From: a virus
Lineage: Duplodnaviria > Caudoviricetes
IMG/VR virus record: IMGVR_UViG_3300030708_001134
Coordinates: 1-28,397 of that record
Length of the DNA stretch: 28,397 bases
Strand: one strand, 5' to 3'
In this document: piece after piece, positions 1-7,766 of the stretch
How the letters are laid out: each line of letters starts with the position of its first letter
How positions within the stretch are numbered: the stretch's first letter is position 1
Translations under genes and position numbers: made by a program
Notes under the pieces: model-generated
Told to the model about the DNA's origin: nothing
What the model saw: only the letters and a program-made list of their open reading frames with translations
Databases searched by the model: none

Positions 1-318
1 TTCCTCCTCGGCTGCGCCCATGGCGCTATTGCTGGTCCCTACGCAAACATCGAAGCCAACTCTGGTTTTGTCGGATCTGATTACGGTGGCTCTGTCACCG
101 ATGTTCACGTCGGCTACGAAGGTGAAGGCTGGTACGTGCAGGGTGGTCCTGCTCTGCTGGCACCTGACGGTGAAGATGGCGACGTCGAACTGTCCGGCAA
201 GATCGGTGGTAGCTACCCCGTGAGTGAAGCACTTGCTGTGTACGGTGAGTTCTCCTTCCTGACTGGTGACGACGACAACAGCTACGGCACTAAGGTCGGC
301 GCTAAGTACAACTTCTGA
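1..318 (+). CDS. Small outer-membrane beta-barrel-like protein, 5'-truncated (cyanobacterial/cyanophage GPYxNxEAN family)
   Basis: Frame 1 is open from base 1 to TGA at 316-318 and reads FLLGCAHGAIA-GPYANIEANSGFVGSDYGGSVTDVHVGYEGEGWYVQGGP...YGTKVGAKYNF. It has a signal-peptide-like end (AIA|G), alternating amphipathic strands and a C-terminal Y-x-F BAM-type signal. The ORF-track call 136..318 is only its C-terminal part. Confidence 0.7.
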   Translation, partial: FLLGCAHGAIAGPYANIEANSGFVGSDYGGSVTDVHVGYEGEGWYVQGGPALLAPDGEDGDVELSGKIGGSYPVSEALAVYGEFSFLTGDDDNSYGTKVGAKYNF

Positions 319-328
319 TATTTAACAC

Positions 329-416
329 AGCCCTCCACTGGACGTGAGCCTTGGGAGGGCTTCATTAAAGTGCTCAAATACATACCTTTGGAAACAACAA
401 CCCTGCACTTTTAATG
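329..416 (+). promoter_or_regulatory. Structured psbA 5' leader with two stems, the second pairing with the start codon
   Basis: AGCCCTCC (329-336) pairs with GGAGGGCT (354-361). CATTAAAGTGC (363-373) pairs with GCACTTTTAATG (405-416) with one bulged U, covering the psbA ATG at 414. Confidence 0.5.
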
Positions 417-1490
417 ACCGCTGTACTTCAACAACAACAGAGGTCTACCTGGGATGAGTTTTGCTCCTGGGTAACCTCTACTAATAATCGACTTTATGTT
501 GGCTGGTTTGGAATCCTTATGATCCCAACCCTGCTGGCTGCTACAATTTGTTTTGTAACTGCATTTATTGCAGCACCCCCTGTAGACATCGATGGAATCC
601 GAGAACCTGTCGCAGGCTCCCTCCTCTATGGAAACAACATCATATCGGGAGCCGTCGTTCCGAGCAGCAATGCCATCGGACTACACTTCTACCCAATTTG
701 GGAAGCTAATACACTTGATGAATGGCTCTACAACGGGGGTCCATACCAGCTCGTCGTGTTCCACTTCCTCATTGGCGTCTTTGCTTACATGGGACGAGAG
801 TGGGAACTTAGCTATCGATTAGGGATGCGTCCCTGGATCTTTGTTGCTTACTCCGCACCTGTAGCTGCAGCTACTGCCGTGTTTCTTGTCTATCCCTTTG
901 GACAAGGATCCTTCTCTGACGGAATGCCCCTCGGTATCTCCGGTACTTTCAACTATATGTTGGTCTTTCAGGCGGAACATAATATCCTTATGCATCCATT
1001 CCATATGCTGGGAGTTGCTGGCGTCTTCGGCGGCAGTTTGTTCTCTGCTATGCATGGCTCTTTGGTTACCTCCAGCCTTATCCGTGAGACTACTGAAGAG
1101 GTAAGCCAGAACTATGGTTACAAGTTTGGACAAGAGGAAGAGACTTACAACATCGTCGCCGCTCACGGTTACTTCGGACGGCTGATCTTTCAATATGCAT
1201 CTTTTAACAATTCTAGGTCGCTGCATTTCTTCCTCGCAGCTTGGCCTGTCGTCGGCATCTGGTTTGCCGCCCTCGGCGTCAGCACCATGGCTTTCAACCT
1301 CAACGGGTTCAACTTCAATCAATCCATTATTGAAGGTGAAGGTCGTGTGGTGAACACCTGGGCTGACATCCTTAACCGTGCCAACCTCGGCTTTGAGGTG
1401 ATGCATGAGCGGAATGCACACAACTTCCCGCTTGACCTTGCATCCGTGGAGACCACTCCCGTGGCACTCATGGCACCTGCCATTGGCTAA
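414..1490 (+). CDS. psbA: Photosystem II reaction centre protein D1 (phage auxiliary metabolic gene)
   Basis: 358 aa with D1 motifs [52 protein letters not shown] and [13 protein letters not shown], plus a cleavable C-terminal extension. Confidence 0.99.
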   Translation: MTAVLQQQQRSTWDEFCSWVTSTNNRLYVGWFGILMIPTLLAATICFVTAFIAAPPVDIDGIREPVAGSLLYGNNIISGAVVPSSNAIGLHFYPIWEANTLDEWLYNGGPYQLVVFHFLIGVFAYMGREWELSYRLGMRPWIFVAYSAPVAAATAVFLVYPFGQGSFSDGMPLGISGTFNYMLVFQAEHNILMHPFHMLGVAGVFGGSLFSAMHGSLVTSSLIRETTEEVSQNYGYKFGQEEETYNIVAAHGYFGRLIFQYASFNNSRSLHFFLAAWPVVGIWFAALGVSTMAFNLNGFNFNQSIIEGEGRVVNTWADILNRANLGFEVMHERNAHNFPLDLASVETTPVALMAPAIG

Positions 1491-1500
1491 CTAATTCGTA

Positions 1501-1701
1501 CGTTCATCTATGTTTGACATTCGAGTCTGTGATGATGGTGCACGCATTATTCGTGATGCACTTAGACTGTATAAAAAACAGTGGCCTGGTGGTCACCCAC
1601 AAGAGCAGCAAGATATTGAGTTCTTGGAAACACAGTTTACCAAAATGGTACTTGAGTCAACCATAGACGCATGACCTCCTAAGCATGGAACGGGGCTTAG
1701 G
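1501..1701 (+). ncRNA. Glutamine-II (Downstream-peptide) riboswitch with a greatly expanded P2
   Basis: P1 is CGTTC (1501-1505)/GAACG (1688-1692). P2 is TCTATG (1507-1512)/CATAGA (1662-1667). The conserved CGCA is at 1668-1671. The pseudoknot CCTAAGC (1678-1684)/GCTTAGG (1695-1701) follows GGAACG-GG. This matches the remembered consensus CGUUCA-P2-CGCA...GGAACG-GG-pseudoknot, and it lies upstream of a YRGVxY peptide gene as is typical for the motif. Confidence 0.8.
1510..1674 (+). CDS. Small cyanophage hypothetical protein (54 aa, WPGGxPxEQ motif), nested in riboswitch P2
   Basis: ATG 1510 to TGA 1672-1674 gives MFDIRVCDDGARIIRDALRLYKKQWPGGHPQEQQDIEFLETQFTKMVLESTIDA. WPGGxPxEQ resembles a recurrent small cyanophage protein family. 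It is below the ORF-track length cut-off. Confidence 0.7.
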   Translation: MFDIRVCDDGARIIRDALRLYKKQWPGGHPQEQQDIEFLETQFTKMVLESTIDA

Positions 1702-1720
1702 TTTTACTAGGTACGAACTC

Positions 1721-1831
1721 ATGTCCAACATCGTTATCCGCTACATCCAAAACGCTAAGAAGAAAGCTGAAACCTACAAGGTTGATGCTCTTCGTTATCG
1801 TGGTGTAGTTTACAAGCAACTGGTTAAGTAA
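1721..1831 (+). CDS. DUF4278-like small basic peptide (36 aa), the riboswitch's downstream peptide
   Basis: Translates as MSNIVIRYIQNAKKKAETYKVDALRYRGVVYKQLVK with the LxYRGVxY signature. An SD-like AGGT lies at 1709-1712, directly after the riboswitch. Confidence 0.8.
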   Translation: MSNIVIRYIQNAKKKAETYKVDALRYRGVVYKQLVK

Positions 1832-1863
1832 GCTTACAGGGAGGTGCAAGTCCTCCCACCAGT
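1819..1863 (+). ncRNA. Putative tRNA-like mini-domain (acceptor-like stem plus T-arm-like hairpin)
   Basis: Closing stem ACTGGT (1819-1824)/ACCAGT (1858-1863). GGGAGG-TGCAAGT-CCTCCC (1839-1857) has a 7-nt T-loop-like loop. There is an internal GTAAGCTTAC palindrome at 1828-1837. Confidence 0.4.
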
Positions 1864-1865
1864 CT

Positions 1866-1945
1866 TGGCGTTGGCCTTCTACGGAAGATACCCTTCGCCG
1901 TCTAGACGGTGGGAATAGACCACAAAAATTTTGATCGATCGAAAA
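1866..1945 (+). promoter_or_regulatory. Structured leader upstream of the major capsid gene
   Basis: GGCG/CGCC outer stem enclosing CTTC-TACG-GAAG (C-UNCG-G tetraloop). Perfect 12-bp palindrome CCGTCTAGACGG at 1898-1909, a GTGG/CCAC stem and a GATCGATC palindrome near 1933. Confidence 0.5.
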
Positions 1946-1977
1946 GGCTACATATCTCTATTTAATTATCCATACTA

Positions 1978-3102
1978 ATGGCACATCAATCTAATACTCT
2001 GACCACGAGCCTTACACGGCCTGGTGCAGATAATGGCGGCGCAGACGCACGCGCCCTATATCTTAAGCTCTTCTCTGGTGAGATGTTCAAGGGCTTCGAG
2101 AACAATGCGATCGCTCGTGACCTCGTCATGAAGCGTACCCTGAAGAACGGAAAATCTCTTCAGTTCATCTACACCGGTCGTACCACGGCTGAGTACCACA
2201 CACCGGGCAACGCCATCCTTGGCAACTCGGACGGTGCACCGCCCGTGGCAGAGAAGACCATCACGGTCGACGACCTGCTCATCAGCTCCGCATTCGTGTA
2301 TGAGCTGGACGAGACCCTTGCTCACTACGAGCTGCGTGGCGAGATCTCTAAGAAGATCGGCTATGCACTCGCTGAGAAGTATGACCGTCTGATCTTCCGT
2401 GCGATCACCCGTGGTGCTCGTGCTGCATCTCCTATCACCAAGACCAACTTCGTTGAGCCCGGTGGTACTCAGGTGCGCGTTGGCGCTACCGCTAACGAGT
2501 CTGACGCTTACTCTGCAACCGCTCTGGTTGACGCCTTCTACGACGCCGCTGCTGCGATGGACGAGAAGGGCATCAGCCAAGACGGCAGGGTCGGGGTCCT
2601 CAACCCCCGTCAGTACTACGCTCTCATTCAGCAAGTTGGTGAGAACGGCCTGATCAACCGCGACAGCCAAGGTTCTGCTCGTCAGAGCGGCCAGGGCATC
2701 GTCGAGATCGCTGGCATCAAGATCTACAAGTCCATGAACATCCCGTTCCTGGGCAAGTACGGCACCAAGTACGGCGGCACCTCTGGTGTGACCGATCCTG
2801 GTAACACTGGTGACTTCGTTGAAGTTGCTGCTGAGAACGCCTCTGGCGCTTCCACCGGCATCAACAACGACTACGGCACCGCTGCTGAGCTGGGCTCCAA
2901 GTCCTGCGGCCTCATCTTCCAGAAAGAAGCCGCTGGTGTTGTCGAGACCATCGGACCTCAGGTCCAGGTGACCTCCGGCGACGTGTCCGTTGTCTACCAA
3001 GGCGACGTGATTCTGGGACGTCTCGCCATGGGCGCTGACTACCTGAACCCCGCTGCAGCCGTTGAGCTGTATGTTGGTGGCACTGCTCCTTCTGCCTTCT
3101 GA
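1978..3102 (+). CDS. Major capsid protein (T7 gp10-like)
   Basis: 374 aa with ALYLKLFSGE, RTLKNGKSLQF, EKTITVDDLLIS and a C-terminal MGADYLNPAAAVEL. Strong codon bias, and it is followed by a terminator and gp11/gp12. Confidence 0.97.
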   Translation: MAHQSNTLTTSLTRPGADNGGADARALYLKLFSGEMFKGFENNAIARDLVMKRTLKNGKSLQFIYTGRTTAEYHTPGNAILGNSDGAPPVAEKTITVDDLLISSAFVYELDETLAHYELRGEISKKIGYALAEKYDRLIFRAITRGARAASPITKTNFVEPGGTQVRVGATANESDAYSATALVDAFYDAAAAMDEKGISQDGRVGVLNPRQYYALIQQVGENGLINRDSQGSARQSGQGIVEIAGIKIYKSMNIPFLGKYGTKYGGTSGVTDPGNTGDFVEVAAENASGASTGINNDYGTAAELGSKSCGLIFQKEAAGVVETIGPQVQVTSGDVSVVYQGDVILGRLAMGADYLNPAAAVELYVGGTAPSAF

Positions 3103-3117
3103 TATTTATTCAATTAC

Positions 3118-3145
3118 AAGGGATCCTTCGGGGTCCCTTTTTTTT
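3118..3145 (+). terminator. Intrinsic terminator after the capsid gene (T-phi equivalent)
   Basis: AAGGGATCC-TTCG-GGGTCCCTT hairpin with a C(UUCG)G loop followed by a U-run. Confidence 0.92.
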
Positions 3146-3151
3146 AACTAT

Positions 3152-3766
3152 ATGACTGCTCCTACAACTATTGATCTCGATACCGAACTATCCGCTGTAA
3201 ATTCAATCTTGGGGAGCATCGGTCAGGCTCCGGTGACCTCTCTTGTTTTTACTAATCCTGAAATTGAGTTTATCTATAACTTACTGAAGGAAGCTAACCT
3301 AGAGGTACAAAGCGAAGGTTGGTCTTACAACCGTGAAGACCACTACAAGTTTACGCCTGACACTAGCAAGCATATCTCTATCCCTAACAACGTCCTGCAA
3401 ATGGATGTTTGTGAAGAAGAGGTGTACCGCACTACTGACGTCGTCAAACGTCAGGGCAAGCTGTACAACAAAGTCGAACATACTTACGAATTCGACAAAG
3501 CCATCGACATGAACGTCGTGTGGCTCTTTCCTTTTGATGACCTGCCTCAACCTTTCAAGCGTCTGATTGTCGCTAAGGCTGCTGGACGAGCTGCTACACA
3601 GCTTGTATCTAACCCAACTCTTGTGCAGCTACTGGCGCAGCAAGAGGCATACACCCGTGCAATCTGCATGGAGTACGAATGCAACCAAGGTGATCACAAC
3701 TTCCTTGGTATGGGTCATGACCAGGGCTACCGCTCATATGAACCGTTCCGTGGACTACGTCGCTGA
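3152..3766 (+). CDS. Tail tubular protein A (T7 gp11-like adaptor)
   Basis: TELSAVNSILGSIGQAPV, VQSEGWSYN and FDDLPQPFKRLI motifs. The probable start is ATG 3152 after the terminator, not the track's 3062. Confidence 0.93.
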   Translation: MTAPTTIDLDTELSAVNSILGSIGQAPVTSLVFTNPEIEFIYNLLKEANLEVQSEGWSYNREDHYKFTPDTSKHISIPNNVLQMDVCEEEVYRTTDVVKRQGKLYNKVEHTYEFDKAIDMNVVWLFPFDDLPQPFKRLIVAKAAGRAATQLVSNPTLVQLLAQQEAYTRAICMEYECNQGDHNFLGMGHDQGYRSYEPFRGLRR

Positions 3767-6525
3767 TGGCAAGTATTACTCAAACTATTCCTAATTTCTT
3801 TGGAGGTATCTCTGAAGTACCTGATAGTCAGAAGGGACAAGGTCAAGTCAGCGATGCGCTGAACTGCATCCCTGATCTAAACCGTGGTCTATACAAGCGT
3901 CCAGGTGCACGACGTGTAGGTACTGGCGCACCGCTTGCTAACGCAACTACCGATGGTGTTTGGTTCCATTACTACAGGGACGAATCAGAAGGCAGTTACA
4001 TCGGGCAAGTAGCGCCTAACGGTCACGTGACTATGTGGGATGCTGATGATGGTACTGAAATTACTGTCAACCACGACAGCGGTACTGAGTCTTATTTGGC
4101 TACTGTCAATCCTGTAACAGGACAGCGCGGTGCTGAGGATCTTCAGTTTACGACGATTAACGACAGCACCTTTGTGTGTAATCGTAATAAAGTAACGGCA
4201 ATGCAGCCGTTAAACGTGTCTAAGACAGATGAACGTCCTCACACATACTCTGCATTTGTAGAACTTAAGCGAGCACAGAATGGTAGACAGTATGGATTGA
4301 ATATCCATAACCCATCGTCAGGACCGACTCCAACTATTACAAGTGCGACTAGGATCTCAGTACAACCAGCTCCTGGGCATGAAGAAGGTTTTACCAGCTT
4401 TAGCGGAGACAAAGGTCACTGTCCTCATATTGGTACTGCCGTCTTTGGTGAGACTAATGGTAATCAAAAAAATCTAATCTTTCGCCTTACTACTACTGGT
4501 CAGCAGGGACCTGTTCCCAATTCTAATGATGACTCACCCGAAGCTGGCGATTTTACTTGCTCCTACCAAACGACTGTAGACCTCCTGCATGGAGGAACTG
4601 GATGGCAGGAAAACGATACCCGTGATGTCACGATGCACGGTAAAACCTACAGGATTACTGTAGATGAGCATGAGTCCGTACTGGTTAGAGCTTCTATCAA
4701 AGCTGTTCGTCCTACACCGACGCCGTTTGATGGTCAAACAAATGTAAGTGTTGACACTATTCTTGGTGGTATTACTGCTGAGTTGGCGAATACTGGCATC
4801 AACTTTGAGGTTATCGGTAACGGTATTTACCTCTACAGCAACAGCATTAACTTTACTGTTGAGGCTCAGAACACTGACCTCATGACTGTCATTACTAATG
4901 AAGTAAACGACGTCACAGGTCTTCCCTTTCAATGCAAGCATGGGTACATAGTCAAAGTCTCTAACAGCTCTGCTGCTGAGGATGACTACTACCTGAGGTT
5001 TGAAGGCAACGGTGGTGCTAGCGGTCCAGGTTCCTGGGTTGAATGTGCAAAGCCAGGTATCACTAAAGAGATTGATGACAGCACCATGCCGCTGATTATT
5101 CAGCGTCAAAACACTGGTAATTTTCGTGTAAAGAAATTCAATTACCTTGATCGTGAGGTTGGTGACGACGAAATTACTAATCCAAATCCAAGTTTCATCG
5201 GTAAGACTATCAACAAAGTAGTCTTCTTCCGTAACCGACTTGCGTTCCTCAGCGACGAAAACATTATTCTTTCTCGTCCTGGTGATCTAGGTAACTTCTT
5301 CGTCAACACAGCACTAACAGTCTCTGGTACTGATCCAATCGACATCAGCAGTAGCTCTAAATATCCGGGCATTCTGTTTGACGCTATTGAGATCAACACT
5401 GGTTTGCTTGTCTTTGGTGAAAAACAACAGTTTCTGCTAGCCACTGACAGTGACATCCTTAACCCAGACTCAGCTCGTCTGAGCAGTATTTCTACTTACA
5501 ACTACAACACAGCAGTCCCTCCATTCTCTCTTGGAACTGTTGCTGGATTCGTCGATAACGCAGGTGCTCACTCGCGTTTCTTTGTGATGTCTAACGTTGC
5601 ACGTGAGGGTGAGCCCAACGTCAACGAACTGAGCAAAGTTGTTTCACGCAAACTAAGTAAAGATATTGACCTGCTAGCTAACTCAAGAGAGAACACCGCC
5701 ATCTTCTTTGGGAAAACGAATAGCAATGAAGTCTTTGGTTACAAGTATTTCAATGTGGCTGACAAACAGATTCAGTCCTCTTGGTTTCGTTGGACGTTTC
5801 CCAGACCTCTTCGTTATCACTGCGTGGTCAACGATTCGTATATCTTGGTAGATAACCAGAACTTCCTGCAAAGGATTGATCTGATTCGTGACGATGAGTC
5901 AACTGTCCAAGAACACGGTAACGAATATCTGATTCACCTGGACAACTACAGCAGTGCTACTGGCTCGTACAACAGCACTACACGTCAGACCACATTTAAC
6001 CTAAGCTGGATTGCCAACGTAGATCGCTCTGTTGATCTTGTCGCTATTCAACCCGGTACAAGTGGTGTGATGTATCAGACTCTAGATGTACCTTCGTCTG
6101 GAACCACTGTCACTCTTGCTGGTAACTGGTCAGGTACTACTACTTTCGGATACAACTATTCGATGGAGATCAAGCTACCTAAGTTCTTTGTACAAAAAGT
6201 AAGTGGTGAAAGAACTGTCAACGAAGAACGTGGCAGCCTTGTCGTACACAGGGTCAAACCTTCGTTTGGTCGTTTAGGTCAGTATCAAGCTGTTGTTTCA
6301 CGCACAGGCAAAGCTGACTTTACGTCTGACTTTACTTCGTCTACGTACGATCAATATCTATTTAATGATGTCATCGTCGAAGATGAATACCAGGGCGTAA
6401 TTCCTGTGTATGAAAAGAACAATAACTTTAACTTATCAATCAAGTCTACATCACCTCTTCCTGCAACGCTTATTTCTTTGACTTGGGAGGGTGACTATTC
6501 ACCCAAATACTACAAGAATGTCTAA
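3766..6525 (+). CDS. Tail tubular protein B (T7 gp12-like nozzle)
   Basis: 919 aa with N-terminal ITQTIPNFFGGISE, GLYKRPG, NPSFIGKTIN, FFRNRLAFLS, QSSWFRW and C-terminal WEGDY. Located after gp11. Confidence 0.95.
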   Translation: MASITQTIPNFFGGISEVPDSQKGQGQVSDALNCIPDLNRGLYKRPGARRVGTGAPLANATTDGVWFHYYRDESEGSYIGQVAPNGHVTMWDADDGTEITVNHDSGTESYLATVNPVTGQRGAEDLQFTTINDSTFVCNRNKVTAMQPLNVSKTDERPHTYSAFVELKRAQNGRQYGLNIHNPSSGPTPTITSATRISVQPAPGHEEGFTSFSGDKGHCPHIGTAVFGETNGNQKNLIFRLTTTGQQGPVPNSNDDSPEAGDFTCSYQTTVDLLHGGTGWQENDTRDVTMHGKTYRITVDEHESVLVRASIKAVRPTPTPFDGQTNVSVDTILGGITAELANTGINFEVIGNGIYLYSNSINFTVEAQNTDLMTVITNEVNDVTGLPFQCKHGYIVKVSNSSAAEDDYYLRFEGNGGASGPGSWVECAKPGITKEIDDSTMPLIIQRQNTGNFRVKKFNYLDREVGDDEITNPNPSFIGKTINKVVFFRNRLAFLSDENIILSRPGDLGNFFVNTALTVSGTDPIDISSSSKYPGILFDAIEINTGLLVFGEKQQFLLATDSDILNPDSARLSSISTYNYNTAVPPFSLGTVAGFVDNAGAHSRFFVMSNVAREGEPNVNELSKVVSRKLSKDIDLLANSRENTAIFFGKTNSNEVFGYKYFNVADKQIQSSWFRWTFPRPLRYHCVVNDSYILVDNQNFLQRIDLIRDDESTVQEHGNEYLIHLDNYSSATGSYNSTTRQTTFNLSWIANVDRSVDLVAIQPGTSGVMYQTLDVPSSGTTVTLAGNWSGTTTFGYNYSMEIKLPKFFVQKVSGERTVNEERGSLVVHRVKPSFGRLGQYQAVVSRTGKADFTSDFTSSTYDQYLFNDVIVEDEYQGVIPVYEKNNNFNLSIKSTSPLPATLISLTWEGDYSPKYYKNV

Positions 6526-7024
6526 ATACATTCATCCACTTACTAAAGAGGTCGCATTACATGTGGCCTTTAATTTGCGCCCTGACGACTATAGGGAGGT
6601 GACTGAAGGCCATGGTCATAACCCGGCCTTTGCCCTCCTTGCAGGCGCTTCTAGGGGCTACTCAGGAGCTTGGCTGACACCCGATAACAAGTGGGGTGCA
6701 GCCTTTGGTATAGGTCCCGAGAACGGGATCTGGATGTTATGCACTCCTGAGATCCACAAACACCCGATGTCATTCGCACGTAAGTGCAAAAGATTTATCG
6801 ACAGCAGACAAGAGAAGTTGCTGTGGAACATTGTTGACAAGCGCAACACTGCCCATCTAAAGCTACTTCGATTCCTTGGATTTAAGTTCTTGCGTGAGCT
6901 TACTTATGGTCCAAACAATTTAACCTTTATAGAATTTTGCCGTGTGCGATCCAGTAACACTTGGAGTGACGACAGCAGTGGGCGGAGCGGCATCAGCCTT
7001 CGGAGGGCTGAAATCCGCTGCTGA
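6518..7024 (+). CDS. T7 gp13-like protein (GNAT-like fold, internal virion protein A position)
   Basis: NLRPDDYRE, IWMLCT and LWNIVDKRNTAHLKLLRFLGFKF motifs. The likely start ATG 6518 overlaps the gp12 stop. Confidence 0.82.
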   Translation: MSKYIHPLTKEVALHVAFNLRPDDYREVTEGHGHNPAFALLAGASRGYSGAWLTPDNKWGAAFGIGPENGIWMLCTPEIHKHPMSFARKCKRFIDSRQEKLLWNIVDKRNTAHLKLLRFLGFKFLRELTYGPNNLTFIEFCRVRSSNTWSDDSSGRSGISLRRAEIRC

Positions 7025-7766
7025 CCAAAAGACTGCTGAAGTCAACGATTACAAAAGAAAATTAGCAATACGACGAATCAAGTGGGATGGTCAGCGTGCT
7101 CTGTATGGCACACGTGTTGCTGAATACGAAACAACACTTACAGAGAATCTGCTATCTGCAAGCCGTGCTTATGCCGACGAGCAAAGCAGACTCAACGATA
7201 TATTTGATCAAGCCTCTGTGCAGTTGCAGGACGCCTTTGACAAACTAGCTCAAAGTCAAAAAGACTTTGGTTCTGGTAAAACATCAGAACGACTTGAGAG
7301 TAGGAACCTCGCTAAGTTTGGTAGGAACCAAGCGTTGATGGCATCAAACCTGATACGTGCACGTGAAAGCTATCAAAGCAACGTCGAAAGCATTAGAGAA
7401 AGACTCCGAGCTACTAATCGTAATGCTTACTCGAAGGTGCAGTTCAAACCACAACCAGGCTTTGCTCCTGTCAAGCCTAATACTGATATGACTGCAGCCA
7501 ACATGGCATTCCTTGGTGGTATTGCATCGGCAGCAGCATCAGGTATCGGCGCTTACAACCAATTAAAAGCACCGGAAGTTGGTGACATGGGTGGCTTTGG
7601 TGTCCAGCCTAAGACAAGCGGCACGAACTTCTTTGACCAAGATATTAACTACAACCCTCTTGGTTCCCTACCTTCGTTTACCAGCATCACACCGTCAACG
7701 TCTGGTTTTAACTATAGCTCTGCCTTTACTAACCCTAATACTTACGGTAGTTTCTTTAATCCATGA
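6942..7766 (+). CDS. Internal virion (ejection) protein B (gp14-like)
   Basis: GTG start and an MCDP N-terminus followed by an Ala/Gly-rich hydrophobic segment and a coiled-coil middle. Conserved gene order. Confidence 0.8.
   Translation: MCDPVTLGVTTAVGGAASAFGGLKSAADQKTAEVNDYKRKLAIRRIKWDGQRALYGTRVAEYETTLTENLLSASRAYADEQSRLNDIFDQASVQLQDAFDKLAQSQKDFGSGKTSERLESRNLAKFGRNQALMASNLIRARESYQSNVESIRERLRATNRNAYSKVQFKPQPGFAPVKPNTDMTAANMAFLGGIASAAASGIGAYNQLKAPEVGDMGGFGVQPKTSGTNFFDQDINYNPLGSLPSFTSITPSTSGFNYSSAFTNPNTYGSFFNP

Noticed and set aside
20-223. 67-aa ORF in the track
   Set aside because: It is an off-frame shadow of the beta-barrel gene in frame 1.
1819-1863. Canonical tRNA gene
   Set aside because: It is only 45 nt with no anticodon arm. 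Kept only as a tRNA-like element.
2056-3000. 314-aa antisense ORF over the capsid gene (also 819-1421 over psbA and 4534-5109 over gp12)
   Set aside because: Explained by the codon bias of the sense genes, which removes stops from the mirror frame. There are no recognisable motifs, and T7-like late genes are on one strand.
312-3108. 13-nt repeat CTTCTGATATTTA at two gene ends (312-324 and 3096-3108) as a possible phage promoter
   Set aside because: There are only two copies, part of the match is Phe plus a stop codon, and several 13-mer repeats are expected by chance in 28 kb.
3062-3151. Open frame linking the capsid end to gp11, suggesting a 10A/10B-type frameshift
   Set aside because: It would need a +1 shift, no slippery site is visible, and it crosses the terminator. 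The -1 frame closes near the gp11 start.
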